From assembly GCA_038087875.1 (NCBI GenBank), contig CM075989.1:1364001-1428000 (forward strand): 64,000 bases of DNA. Direction: 5' to 3'. The notes under the pieces were generated by a model, which did no database searches, was not told where the DNA came from, and was given only the letters and a program-made list of their open reading frames with translations. The position numbers and the translations under genes were made by a program. The DNA comes from Malacoraja senta. Lineage: Eukaryota. Shown here piece by piece: positions 51,514 through 64,000 of this stretch. Within the stretch, counting starts at the first letter, position 1, and each line of letters begins with the position of its first letter.

Positions 51514-53312
51514 AAGCATACTGTATCTGCTTCCATTGTCTGATTTTTACACCAGTAAAAATTCCAATCCCACCACTGTATTTGTATCTTAAATGATTGC
51601 AGTGAGCTAATCTAAGTGGGTGACAAGTCTAGATGGATGATAAATTCCAATCTTGCCATTGATGCGTGCATCCCGTGAATGAATACATTTCTAAAAGGCA
51701 TTACTTTATGGGGAATTGTTCACACGATTGTTATGGTTGTAATTTGCATTTCTCCTTTGGAGAACAGTAAATAGATTCATGGCTTGTCTGATTGCCTGAC
51801 AACAAGAGACTCTGATTCATCACCTCCGAAGACTGAAGAATTCAACGTTCTGTTTTAATCTTGCTCTCCCTCCTCTGTCACTGATCAGCTTTCTGCTGGT
51901 GTCCGCCATGAATGTTCCCTTTGGGTTTGGTGTCTGAGTGTCTAAGCTGATACTTGCGCTTCTAACACCAGAATACTCAATCCTCACAGCAACAGAATAC
52001 GCTCCACCTGACCAGAAAGCATGGACACATAACAAAGATGTGACAACAGATTTGATCCCACGCTGGCATGCCTACACTCAACATTGCCACTCAAGTGGGT
52101 GATGGCCTGCTATAGGGGATTAATACGTTTCCACAACTCATAGAATGGCAATGAAGATGTGCTTCAGAGAGATCCCTTCATAGTCCCCAATAACAGCAGG
52201 AAGCTGTTTCAGCCCATCGAGTCCATATTGTTCATCCCATCCCTGATGACTTCTATTCCCTGTGATCCATTCCCCTCATATTTCCCTCCACTCCCCACAG
52301 ACGCCACCACTCCATTATGCACTAAAACCCATTTACAATGGCTAATTAATCTACCAATGTGCATCACTGCCACTCCTAAATAAGAGTCTTGACCCAAAAC
52401 GACACATTCCCTTTCACCAGAGATGCTGTTTGACCCGCTGAGTTACTCCAGCTTTGTGTTTAAACCAGTATCTGCAGTTCCTCCTTGTACACACTGGGTG
52501 TTAAGGGTTATGGGGAGAAGGCAGGAGAATGGGGTTAGGATGGAGAGATAGATCAGCCATGGCCGAATGGCGGAGCAGACTTGATGGGCTGAATGGCCTA
52601 ATTCTGCCCCTATCACTTATGGCGTTATCATCTGGCTGGATGCAGCCACTTAACTCAGAACCTGTGCTATCCAGAACTTGCTGAAATTGTGCAAAATGAT
52701 CTGCAAGTCCCAGCCTTTATGATATTGAAGAGAGAGTCCCGAGACCAAGGTTTATGCACTGAGTCACTTTCAACACCAAAACTGGAACAAGCAGACAGCA
52801 GGTCCATTCAATGTCTGATCTGCAAGAACTCACCCCCAATAACACAGCACGTGGCCTCCTTCCCGCCCATCAGCCAAGATCACAGATCTTGCCATCGCAA
52901 AGAACTTTTGTAACTTTGTGAAACGTGGCGACTCTTGTGTACTGCCCAGGTGAGGTCTACTGCATATTTTACCAGGGTGTATGCAAAACAAAGCATTTCA
53001 CTGTAGCTAGGTACATGTGGCTATACAGTATCATTAAATCATTCAATCACAGCCCAATGCAGTTGTCTTTGGCGTATCCCACACCAAGCTTGGTCGGCGC
53101 ATACATTGTTTGCTGAAGGGTCTGTTCCTTTGCTCTACTATGTTCTATCAAAGTTCTATCTGTCCTTGAGGAACAGATGACTCCAGATGCCAGATTTGGG
53201 TGTAGAGGTGGTTAGGACTGTCATCCTAGTGCAACCCCACAGCTCTTGTGAGCAGCCAGTCTGAAGAAGGATCTGGACCCAAAACATCACCTACCCCATT
53301 TCTCCAGAGAGA

Positions 53313-53620
53313 TGGCCACGGTGGCACAGCGGTAGAGTTGCTGCCTTACAGCGCCAGAGACCCGGTTTGATCCTGACTACTGCTGCTGTCTGTACGGAGT
53401 TTGTACGTTCTCCCTGTAACCTGTGTGGGTTTTCTCTGGAAACTCCAGTTTCCTCCCACACTCCAAAGACGTACAGGTTTGAAGGTTAATTGGCTTGGTA
53501 TAATTGTAAATTGTCCCTGGTGTGTGTAGGATAGTGTTGGTGTGCGGGGATCGCTGGTTGGCGCGGACTCAGTGGGCCGAAGGCCTGCTTCCTCACAGTA
53601 TCTCTAAACTAAACTAAACT
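53313..53620 (+). mobile_element. HE1-like SINE
   Basis: Head, core and tail. Confidence 0.88.
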
Positions 53621-54347
53621 ACAATTGCTGCCTGATTTACTCCAGCCTTTTTGTGTCCATCCAATAGTCTTGGCTCTCCCTGCAGTCCTGAGCAAGCTCC
53701 CTTGTGATTTTGAAGTATACCTGTCGCACTGTGAACCAGTGAAGTGCTTGGTGCTTGAAGCCTGTCTCCTCTAGCTGAGGTGATCTCTACACTGCTCTGG
53801 GAAAGGGAAATGTCCAAACTGTGTTCATGTGTGGAAGTGCGAGCTTCATGTGTTGGAGAGCAGAAAGCTAGGGAAAGGAGGAAGCAAACGGACTTGTGGG
53901 TTCATTGAGCCGTCACCCTGCCTCAGGGACACCTCACCCCAGTCACGCTGCTGTCATACAGGCAGTTCGAATCCGGGCATCAACGAATCAGTCGATGGAG
54001 ACACAAGGAACTGCAGAGCCTGGAGTCTTGCCAAGAACACAAAATGCTGGAGTAACTCAGTGGGTCAGGCAGCATAGTTACAGATCCAAAGGCAGAATCA
54101 TTAATTGTATCAAACAAGACCAACAAATGATTACAGGCTCCTTAATGCAATTGGTTGAAGAATTTTGACTTGACTAACAGGTCATTGACAAATGACTTAA
54201 TTGAGCTGCATTTAATCAGTATATTAACAACGTGACATTCTCTCAGTGTTCCTTCATAGCTGAGCCATGCTGCTTTACAAACGATATTGTTTGCAGTGTT
54301 TCCTTCAATTCCACGTGAAGTCCTGCAGCAAAGCACACATTCCTGAG

Positions 54348-54645
54348 GGGCAGCACGGTGGCGCAGCGGTAGAGTTACTGCCTTACATCACCAGAGACCA
54401 AGGTTCAATCCTGAGCACGGGTGCTGTCTGTACGGAGTTTGTACATTCTCCCCGTGACCACGTGGGTTTTCTCCGGGTGCTCCGGTTTCCTCCCACACTC
54501 CAAAGACATGTAGGTTAATGCAGTAAACATTGTAAATTGTCCCCCCGTGTGTAGGATAGTGTTAGTGTGTGGGGACCGCTGATTGGCGCGGACTCGGTGG
54601 ACCAAAGGGCCTGTTTCCGGGCTGTATCTCTAAACTAAACTAAAA
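54348..54645 (+). mobile_element. HE1-like SINE
   Basis: Head, core and tail; a deleted copy lies at about 56085-56265. Confidence 0.88.
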
Positions 54646-55031
54646 GTACAATGTGGCAGACATTCCTTGCCCTTGCTCCAGATGTCCTGCACCTTGAATG
54701 GAGAGGAGCAATAGTGATCAAATACCCTACATACAGTATACAAATGTAGACTCTTGTTTAAAGTTGTGTCACTTTAAATATCTTTAACTGTAAAGCTTAC
54801 AGTATGTGTTTCATAAAATATATGTTTTTTTATGAAATTAATTTTTAATACCGAGATACCAACTCCATTTCAAGACCATAGAGTGATGCAGCGTGGAAAC
54901 AGACCCTTCAGCTCAACTTGCCCACATCGGCCAACATGTCCCAGCCACACTAGTACAATACACAACTTGCCTACACCACCTGCCCGCGTCCATATCCCTC
55001 CAAACCTGTCCTATTCCATGTACCTGCCTAA

Positions 55032-55732
55032 AGGGCCTGTCCCACTTACATGACCTTGGCACACAAATTGCGCAACCTCGTGGTCGTGTTGAGGCGCACG
55101 GGCATCGTATGGCCGCGCATGGCCGGTCCCACTGAGAAGCGCGGAGGGACATGTAGTTGTGCGCGACATCGCGCGGGGCTCCGATATTTTTGTACTGAAC
55201 GAAATCTTCGCGCGCCTACGGCCCGTCGCGGAACTGACGGCCAAAGTGGGACAGGCCCAAGACCCTGGCGCGATGCAGCGTCTCACCTCCAACAGCAGCA
55301 GAAGCAAGCAAACGATCGTCAAACTCGGCCTGGGGCTCACGGCCGTTGCGGTCCGGATCCGCCCCCACTTCTACTCCCAGAGCGGGGCCAAGAAAATTGA
55401 AGATAGACACAAAACGCAGGAGTAACACAGAGGGACCAGCAGCATCTCTGGAGAGAAGCAATGGGTGACGTTTCAGGTCAAGACCCTTCTTTTCAGACTG
55501 AAGAAGCGTCTCGGCACGAAACATCACCCATTGCTTCTCTCCAGAGACGCTGCCGGTCCCGCTGAGTTACTCCTGCTTTGTGTCCATCTTCAAATGACGT
55601 CACGCGCTCCAGACGGCGGTGCGGGCGCATGAAATCGTGCCCGACCTTCGCGGGACCATCGCAGCTCAACGCAACCACGACAAAGCGGTCGCGTAATTTG
55701 CGTGCGAAGGACACGTAAGTGGGACAGGCCCT
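55032..55732. mobile_element. PIF/Harbinger-type MITE with nested Penelope hairpin (about 55398-55592)
   Basis: TIRs AGGGCCTGTCCCACTTAC / GTAAGTGGGACAGGCCCT; flanks TAA and TCA; interrupts an antisense CR1 3' fragment. Confidence 0.85.
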
Positions 55733-56399
55733 TCACTGTTTCTTAAACATTGGGATTGTCCCTGCCTCAACTACCTCCTCTGGCAGCTTGTTCCATCAAC
55801 AGATGATCAAAATGGTAATTGGAGACAGAGAAAAACATTGGAGCAGTGAGGAACAGAAAGTAAATTCTGAGCAGTAATAGGACAGGGAATGTGTAGGATT
55901 CCATATGGACAAGGAGCGTGTCGGAAGGAATTACAGATGGTGGTTTACATCGAAGATAGATACAAAATGCTGGAGTCACTCAGTGGGTCAGGCAGCATCT
56001 CTGCAAAGAAGGAATGGGTGACATTTCGGGTTGAGACCTTTATTCACACAGGGAACGTCTTAATTGCTCACAGTGATCATGGGACGGTGTAGTGACGCAG
56101 TGGTGGAGCTGCTGCCTCACAGATTGACCATGTGGGTTACCTCTGGGTGCCCCGGTTTCCTCCAAAGATGTGCAGGTTTGTAGGTTAATTGGCCTCTGAT
56201 TGACCGAGTGTTGGGGTGACCGATGGTGGGCTGAAGGGCCTGTTTCCATGTTGTATCTCTGAACTATTAATGATGGGATTCTTCACCCAATGTAAAAGAT
56301 GCAAGGCTTGAACCTGACTACAGATGGCCCTAGTTATTGGGGACCAGACTCCTGCCTCAACCCCCAGAGACCAAGCTGGAATGAGAGGGGGAGAGAAGG

Positions 56400-57000
56400 A
56401 TAGGGAGAGTTATGGGAGATCATGTTGCAGTTGTATAAGATGTTGGTGAGACCACATTTAGAATATTGTGTTCAGTTCAGGGCACCATGTTATAGGAAAG
56501 ATATTGTCAAGCTTGAAAGAGTTCAGAGAAGATTTACGAGGATATTGCCAGGACTAGAGCTCTGAGCTGTAGGGAGAGGTTGAGTCGGCTGAGTCTCTAT
56601 TCCATGGAGTGCAGGAGGATGAGGGATGATCTTATAGAGGTGTACAAAATCATGAAATAAATAGATCGGGTAGATGCACAGTCTCTTGCCCAGAGTAGGG
56701 GAATCGAGGACCAAAGGACATAGGTTCTAGGTCAAGGGGAAAAGATTTAATAGGAATCTGAGGGGTAACTTTTTCAGACAAAGGGTTGTGGGTGTATGGA
56801 ACAAACGGCCAGATGAGGTAGTTGAGACTGGGACTATCCCAACGTTTAAGAAACAGTTAGACTGATTCATGGATAGGATAGGTTTGGAGGGATATGGACC
56901 AAGCGCAGGCAGGTGGCACTAGTGTAGCTGGGACATGTTGGCCGGTGTGGGTAAGTTGGGCTGAAGAGCCTGTTTCCACACTGTATCATTCTATGACTCT
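56400..57000 (+). mobile_element. CR1 3' fragment
   Basis: [12 protein letters not shown]...[29 protein letters not shown] tail. Confidence 0.88.
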
Positions 57001-57339
57001 AGTTGCTATTTCCTATATCTGCCATCACCCAATTATACTTTAGTGTGCGGTGAGACTGAGTTGAGAGAATGGATGCAGCTACAATTATTCAAACATTGCA
57101 AAAATGCTCCTCACTTGCCATCTGAAATCAAGCACACATTTCAGGATTGATTTTTCAATCAATTCAATCAATAGCGAGATGTCAGAAACATTCTTGTTTA
57201 GTTTGAAACATCTATGTTGGTAGCTATCAGAGCATAGGTGGAGAATGGTAACAACACACCCCAGTGTAGTGTTTAGTGCCTTGATGTTAGTGGAGAACTG
57301 AGGAGATGTGATTCGTGTGCACGTAAACAGAAGATGCAA

Positions 57340-57792
57340 AGATATTGTCATATGTCCCAGACAGAACAATGACATTCTTACTTGCAGCAGCTCAACAGAA
57401 TACGTAAACATAGTACTCTGTAAACAATATACTAAATTTAAAAAAAAGTTTATATAAGTTTATATAGCCATGTGTGTGTGTATACAAACAAACAAACAAA
57501 CAATAATAGTACAAAGAGACAAAACCAATGTCACCAATTCTGTGTAGTTCAGAGCTTATTTGAGGTTGTAGTCTTTAATAGCCTGATGGCTGCAGGGAAG
57601 AAGCTGCTCGTGAACCAGGACTTTGCGGTTTTCAGGCTCTTGTACCTTGTTCCCGATGCCAGAAGTGTAATGAGTGTGTGGCCAGGGTGGTGTGGATCTC
57701 TGATGATGCTGGCTGCCGTTTTGAGGTAACGACTCAATGGTGGGAAGGTCAGAACCCGTGATGGACTGGGCAGTGTTTACAACTTTTTGAAC
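57340..57792 (-). mobile_element. Rex/Babar LINE 3' fragment
   Basis: QKVVNTAQSITGSDLPTIE...IIRDPHHPGHTLITLLASGTRYKSL...SFFPAAIRLL. Confidence 0.85.
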
Positions 57793-58089
57793 ATACTTTG
57801 AACATAGAACAAAGACCAGTACCACAACGGATAAGGCCCAAGATGTCTGTGCTGACCATGATGCCAATCGAAACTAGACCCCTACTCATTGTCCATTTAA
57901 ATAATACTTTGATATTGCATTGGTATCTGTTGGCAGCTGTTGCAAGCACCTACCACACTGTGTAAAAACAAACTTACCATGTAAATCCCATTCCGCTCAC
58001 CTGAAGCTATGCCCTCCAGTATTTAACATTTTCACCCTAAATAAAAAGACTGACTCCTCCATACCTCTCATAATTCCATCTACTTCTAT

Positions 58090-58861
58090 TGTAAATTGTT
58101 CGTTTCTAAGCTGCCCCCCAGTCTAGTTTCAGTAAAAACACTGAATCAAGCACTTGAAACAATTACATTTTATTTTAACAAAAGCTCATTACAGTTCAAC
58201 TACTGTACCTATCCCACCGCGGGTTTGATCCTCGTAACCACCTGTTCAAGCCCTCTAGGCCCCGTTCAGACAGAAACACTCCAGAAAGTCACGCAGTCCC
58301 AAGCGCTCTCCCAGAAGATCGACGCTGGACCTCGTGGTAGCGGACTTCTATATGTCCCGGGACCTCGAGGGGAACGAACCACATGGGGGTGGTCTCTTAA
58401 TAACCCAATTACAGATTTCGATTAACCCCATACATAACAGACATTTCCCTAACCCAATAATACAGCAGCTTAATACATTGTATTCAAACAAGACTTCTCA
58501 AGGAAGCCAACTTAGAAACATTTACCCTGATCTGCAAGAAACTCAGACATGGCTCAATACCTCATCCAATCAACACTTGGCAAAGTGGAACTCTGCAACA
58601 TTTTTACAATTATTTACAAGGTGTATGTCTGGTTCGCAGCCATCCAATCCATTCTATGGATTTTGCACCTAATTGACAGGGCTGGCAGATGTTCTCATTC
58701 TTTGCTTGCAAATTGTATCTAAGCTCCAGACACACTGGCATCTCTTCACATCTTGTCCCAACTCTGCAGAGAGCAATTCCAATTGACCAAATCTCACAGC
58801 AGCCCTGAAGCATTTACCCCACTTTGAAGCCCTAGCCGCTCCAATTTAGACAGGATTAACA
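58090..58861 (-). mobile_element. Solo LTR, 772 bp (gypsy- or ERV-type)
   Basis: TGTAAAT...ATTAACA ends; 4-bp TSD CTAT at 58086-58089 and 58862-58865; interrupts an antisense CR1 fragment; AATAAA on the minus strand near 58170. Confidence 0.8.
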
Positions 58862-59021
58862 CTATCAGGTTTCCTCTCAACTTTCCGACACTCCAGGGAA
58901 AAGTATACCAGTTTGTCCAATCTCTTCTCGTAGATAATACACTCCAATCCAGTCAGCGTTCTGGATAGCTAATTCGGCAACTTTTAGAGCCTCCACTTCC
59001 TTTCTGTCATGCAGATACAGA

Positions 59022-60582
59022 TACTGCATCCCAGGGTCCTCAGGGAGGTGGCTCTAGAAATAGTGGATGCATTGGTGATCATTTTCCAATGTCCAATAGA
59101 TTCAGGATCAGTTCCTGTGGATTGGAGGATAGCTAATGTTATCCCACTTTTCAAGAAAGGAGCGAGAGAGAAAACGGGGAATTACAGACCAGTTAGCCTG
59201 ACTTCGGTGGTGGGAAAGATGCTGGAGTCAATTACTAAAGAGGTAATAATGGGGCATTTGGATAGTAGTAAAAGGATTAGTCCAAGTCAACATGGATTTA
59301 TGAAAGGGAAATCATGCTTGACTAATCTTCTGGAATTTTTTGAGGATGTGACAAGTAAAATGGATGAAGGGATGCTGGTGGATGTAGTGTATCTAGACTT
59401 TCAGAAAGCCTTTGATAAGGTCCCGCACGGGAGACTGGTGACAAAAATTAGAGCACATGGTTTTGGGGGTAGGGTGTTGACATGGATAGAAAATTGTTTG
59501 GCAGACTGGAAGCAAAGAGTAGAAGTGAACGAGTCCTTTTCAGAATGGCAGGCAGTGGCGAGTGGAGTGCCACAAGGCTCGGTGTTGGGGCCGCAACTGT
59601 TTACCATATATATTAATGATTTGGAAGAGGGAATTAGGAGGAACACTAGCAAGTTTGCGGATGACATAAAGCTGGGTGGCAGTGTGAACTGTGAAGAGGA
59701 TGTTAGGAGTTTGCAGGGTGACCTGGACAGGTTGTGTGATTGGGCAGATGCGTGGCAGATGCAGTATAATATAGATATATGTGAGGTTATCCACTTTGGC
59801 GGCAAAAACAAGGGGGCAGATTATTATCTCAATGGGGTTAGATTAGGTAAGGGGGAGGTACAGCGAGACCTGGGTGTCCTTGTACACCGATCACTGAAAG
59901 TTGGCGTGCAGGTACAGAAGGCAGTGAAGAAAGCTAATGGAATGTTGGCCTTCATAACAAGAGGATTTCAGTATAGGAGTAAAGAGGTTCTTCTGCAGTT
60001 GTATAGGGCTCTGGTGAGACCACATCTGGAGTATTGTGTACAGTTTTGGTCTCCAAATTTGAGGAAGGACATCCTTGTGATTGAGGCAGTGCAGCGTAGG
60101 TTCACGAGATTGATCCCTGGGATGTCAGGACTGTCATATGAGGAAAGATTGAAAAGACTAGGCTTGTATTCACTGGAGTTTAGAAGGATGAGGGGGGATC
60201 TTATAGAAACATATAAAATTATGAAAGGACTGGACAAGCTAGATGCAGGAAAAATGTTCCCAATGTTGGGCGAGTCCAGAACCAGGGGCCACAGTCTTAG
60301 AATAAAGGGGAGGTTATTTAAGACTGAGGTGAGAAAAAACTTTTTCACCCAGAGTTGTGAATTTATGGAATTCCCTGCCACAGAGGGCAGTGGAGGCCAA
60401 ATCACTGGATGGATTTAAGAGAGAGTTAGATAGATCTCTCGGGGCTAGTGGAGTCGAGGGATATGGGGAGAAGGCAGGCACGGGTTATTGATAGGGGACG
60501 ATCAGCCATGATCACATTGAATGGCGGTGCTGGCTCGAAGGGCCGAATGGCCTCCTACTGCACCTATTTTCTATGTTTCTAT
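59022..60582 (+). mobile_element. CR1 LINE with largely open RT domain, 5'-truncated
   Basis: 469-aa ORF 59009-60418 with NYRPVSLTS, KAFDKVPH, GVPQGS and FADD; frameshift near the C-terminus; no endonuclease. Confidence 0.97.
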
Positions 60583-60589
60583 GACTCCA

Positions 60590-60975
60590 AATATGGACGA
60601 ACCAAAATGTTATTGAAACTTACCGAATAGTAAAGGCCTGGAAAGAGTGGATGTGGAGAGGATGTTTCCACTAGTGGGAGAGTCAAGGACCAGAGGTCAT
60701 AACCACAGAATATAAGAATGTTCCTTTAGGAAGGAAATGAGGAGGAAATTATTTCGTCAGAGGGTGGTAAATCTGAAGAATTCTTTGTCACAGAAGGCTG
60801 TGGAGGCCGTCATTGGATATTTTTAAGGCAGAGATAGATTCTTGATTAGTATGGGTGTCAGGGGTTATGGTGAGAAGGCAGGAGAATGGGGTTGAGAGTA
60901 AAAGATGGATCAGCAATGATTGAATGGCGGAGTAGACGATGGGCCAATGGCCTAATTCTGCTCCAATCTCTTATG
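60590..60975 (+). mobile_element. CR1 3' fragment
   Basis: Same subfamily as 26373-26795. Confidence 0.85.
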
Positions 60976-61304
60976 AAGTACAGCTGCAACATGACTCCCC
61001 AAATTTTATACAATAACTTGACCTTCTATTGGAATATTCAAATGATTATATAAAGATTCAAAACTTATTGTTCACTAATCTCCGATCCCCGAGTCCTTTT
61101 CATCTCCGATCTTTGTCACTCACGCACCCATCTGCCAATCACCCACCTCATCCCTAACCTGTATCCATCTATCACATGCCAGACTTTGTCCTGCTTCCAC
61201 CTTTCTTCCAGCTTCCTCCCCCTGTGATCGGTCTGAAGAAGGCTCCTGAACCAAAACACGTCGTCCATTTCCAAACCTGCTCATTCCCTCCAGCACTTTG
61301 TCAC

Positions 61305-61797
61305 GGAGTCATAGTCATTGAATGATACAGTGTAGAAACAGGGCCTTCAGCCCAACTTGCCCACACTGACCAACGTGTCTCAGCTTCACCAGTCCCACCT
61401 GCCTGCAGTTGGTCCATATTCCTTCATGTACCTGTTTTAACTGATTCTTAAACATGGGGATAGTCCCTTCCTCAACTACCTCCGCTGGCAGCTTGTTCCA
61501 TACACCCACCACCCTTTGTGTGAAAAGGTTACCCTTCAGATCCCTATTAAATGTTTTCCTCTTCATCGTAATCTTATGTCCTCTTATCCTCGGTTCACCT
61601 ACTCGGGCAAGAGACTCTGTGCATCTACCCAATCTATTCCTCTCATGATTTTATACACCTCTATAAGATCATCTCTCATCCTCCTGCATTCCAGGCAATA
61701 GATTCCCAGCCTGTCCAGCCTCTCCCTCTAGCTCAGCCCTCTAGTCCTGGCAACATCCTCGTAAATCTTATCTGTACCCTTTCCAACTTGACAACAA
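61305..61797 (-). mobile_element. CR1 3' fragment
   Basis: GNLFTQRVVGVWNKLP; same subfamily as 56400-57000. Confidence 0.88.
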
Positions 61798-61954
61798 CAC
61801 TCCGGTAGAAAAGTGGGTTTTACAACCATATAATTTCTTGCTTATTGTGGTGTGCTTTTCAATTAAATGTTTTATTTTAGGGCATAACTTTAGGCAATGA
61901 TTCTTCTCAGAGCAAGAAACTATAAGCTGGCGGAACACTGTGAGCATTGGCTGA

Positions 61955-62062
61955 GGGTGGGGGGGGGGGGCTGGGGGGGGAGGCTGGGGGGGGGGGGCTG
62001 GGGGGGGGTGGGGGTGGGGGAGCTGGGGGGGGGGGGCTGGGGGGGGGCTGGGGTGGGGGGGG
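61955..62062 (+). repeat. G-run tract with G-quadruplex potential
   Basis: Many runs of 4 or more G separated by CT, A or T. Confidence 0.9.
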
Positions 62063-62069
62063 AAGAATT

Positions 62070-63725
62070 ACATACATACAAAGATACATCGACAATAGAT
62101 GCAGGAGTAGGCCATTTGGTTCTTAGAGCCAGCACCGCCATTCAATGTGATCATAGCTGATCATCCACAATCAGTACCCTGTTCCTGCTTTCTCCCCGTA
62201 CCCCTTGTTTCCGCGAGTCGTAAGTGCTCTATGTAACTCTTTTGAATGCATCCAGTGAATCGGCCTCCACTGCCTTCTGAGGCAGAGAATTCCACAAATT
62301 CACAACTCTCTGGGTGAAATTTTTTTCCTCATCTCAGCTCTAAATGGCCTGTCCCTTATTCTTAAACTGTGGCCCCTGGTTCTGGACTCCCCCAACATAG
62401 GGAACATGTTTCCTGCATCTAGCGTTGCCAATCCCTTAATAATTTTATATATTTCTATAAGATACCCTCTCATCCTTCTAAATTCCAGTGAATACAAGCC
62501 CAGTCGCTCCATTCTTTCATCATATGACATTCCCGCCATCCCAGGAAATTCACCTCGTGAACCTACTCTGCACTCCCTCAATAGTAAGAATGTCCTTCCT
62601 CAAATTAGGAGACCAAAACTGCACAGAATACTCCATGTGTGGTCTCACCAGGGCCCAGTACAACTGCAGAACGACCTCTTTGCTCCTATACTCAGCTCCT
62701 CTTGTTATGAAGGCCAACATGTCATTAGCTTTCTTCACTGCCTGTTTTACCTGCATGCTTACTTTCAGTGACTGATGTACTAGGACACCCAGGACTCGTT
62801 GTATTTCCCCTTTTCCTAACCTGACACTATTCAGATAATAATCTGCCTTCCTGTTCTTCCCCTCCAAAGTGGATAACCCCACATTTATCCACATTATACT
62901 ACATCTGCCATGCATCTGCCCACTCACCCAACCTGTCCAAGTCACCCTGCATCCTCATAGCATCCTCCTCACAGTTCACACTGCAACCCAGCTTTGTGTC
63001 ATCTGCAAATTTGGTAATTTTACTTTTAATTCCTTCATCTAAATCATTAATGTATATTGTAAGTAGCTGCGGTCCCAGCATCGAGCCTTGCGGTACCCCA
63101 CTAGTCATTACCTGCCATTCTGAAAGGGACCCGTTAATCCCTATTCTTTGTTTCCTGTCTGCCAGCCAATTTTCTATCCATGTGAATACCCTATCCCCAA
63201 TACTATGTGCTCTAATTTTGCCCACCACCGATGTCAGGCTAACTGGCCTATAATTCCCTGCTTTCTCTCTCATGCCTTTCTTGAAAAGTGGGATACCATT
63301 AGCTAGCATCCAATCCCCAGGAACTTATCCAGAATCTATAGAACATTGGGAAAATGATCACCAATGCGTCAACGATTTCTAGAGCCACCTCCTTGAGTAC
63401 CCTGGGGATTTATCAGCCTTCAGTCCCATCAGTTTACCCAATACCATTTCCTGCCAAATGTGAATTTCCTTCAGTTCCTCCGTCACCCTAGGTCCTCTGT
63501 CCTCTAGTACATGTGGGTGATTGTTTGTGTCTTCCTTAGGAACTCATCTGTCATTTCTTTGATCCCCATAATAAATTCACCTGTTTCTGTCTTCAAGGGA
63601 CCCACATTTAACTTTTTTTTTTTCTCTTCACATACCTAAAGAAGCATTTACTATCCTCCTTTATATTCTTTGCTAGCCTACCTTCATACTTCATCTTTTC
63701 TCCCTGTATTGCCTTTAAAGTTACC
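62070..63725 (-). mobile_element. CR1 LINE (linker, RT and 3' end) with internal deletions
   Basis: NYRPVSLTSVVGK joined directly to IRAH; GVPQGS; FADD. Confidence 0.95.
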
Positions 63726-64000
63726 TGGGTGAATCAAATTGGCAGGGGTGCTGAGGAAGAGGATTTCTTGGAATGTATGCGGGATAGTTTTCTAAACCAA
63801 CATGTAGAGGAACCAACGATAGAGCAGGCTATCCTAGACTGGGTATTGAGTAATGAGGAAGGGTTAGTTAGCAGCCTTGTTGTGCGTGGCCCCTTGGGCA
63901 AGAGTGACCATAATATGGTTGAGTTCTTCATTAGGATGGAGAGTGACATTGTTAATTCGGAAACAAGGGTCCTGAACTTAAAGAAAGGTAACTTTGAGGG
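63726..64000 (+). mobile_element. CR1 APE-endonuclease C-terminal segment, inverted relative to the adjacent copy
   Basis: FLECMRDSFLNQHVEEPT...ILDWVLSN...PLGKSDHNMVEF. Confidence 0.9.

Noticed and set aside
58334..58672. 112-aa ORF as a gene
   Set aside because: Lies within the solo LTR, has a non-ATG start and no recognisable domain.
59009..60418. 469-aa ORF as a host gene or active LINE
   Set aside because: 5'-truncated CR1 RT without endonuclease; the start codon comes from flanking DNA.
61897..62160. Gly- and Pro-rich ORFs
   Set aside because: Translation of a G-run tract, whose length may also be affected by sequencing error.

Overview
Repeat-dense vertebrate non-coding DNA, most likely a cartilaginous fish and probably a skate or ray (inferred from HE1/V-SINE-like SINEs and the CR1 and Penelope families). 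I found no convincing host protein-coding gene; nearly all ORFs in the track come from transposons or low-complexity sequence. Contents: about 25 CR1 LINE fragments, about 18 tRNA-derived SINEs, a decayed Penelope RT/GIY-YIG copy plus many short, often palindromic Penelope end fragments carrying a minimal hammerhead-like motif, Rex/Babar and Tx1 fragments, Harbinger-type MITEs, a solo LTR, and three DIRS1-type tyrosine-recombinase retrotransposons. Main highlights: (1) a 9.0-kb hAT-type composite (8279-17288, 8-bp TSD) carries a decayed DIRS and other cargo, and sits inside a Penelope hairpin that sits inside a SINE. (2) The DIRS cluster shows copy-specific matching of terminus and ICR, NTT crossover cores, a conserved 5'UTR intron, and the same stop codon in the RT YLDD motif in two diverged copies. 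(3) The hammerhead-bearing Penelope mini-elements have their own 9-16 bp TSDs. Boundaries were read by eye and are approximate unless a TSD or TIR is quoted.
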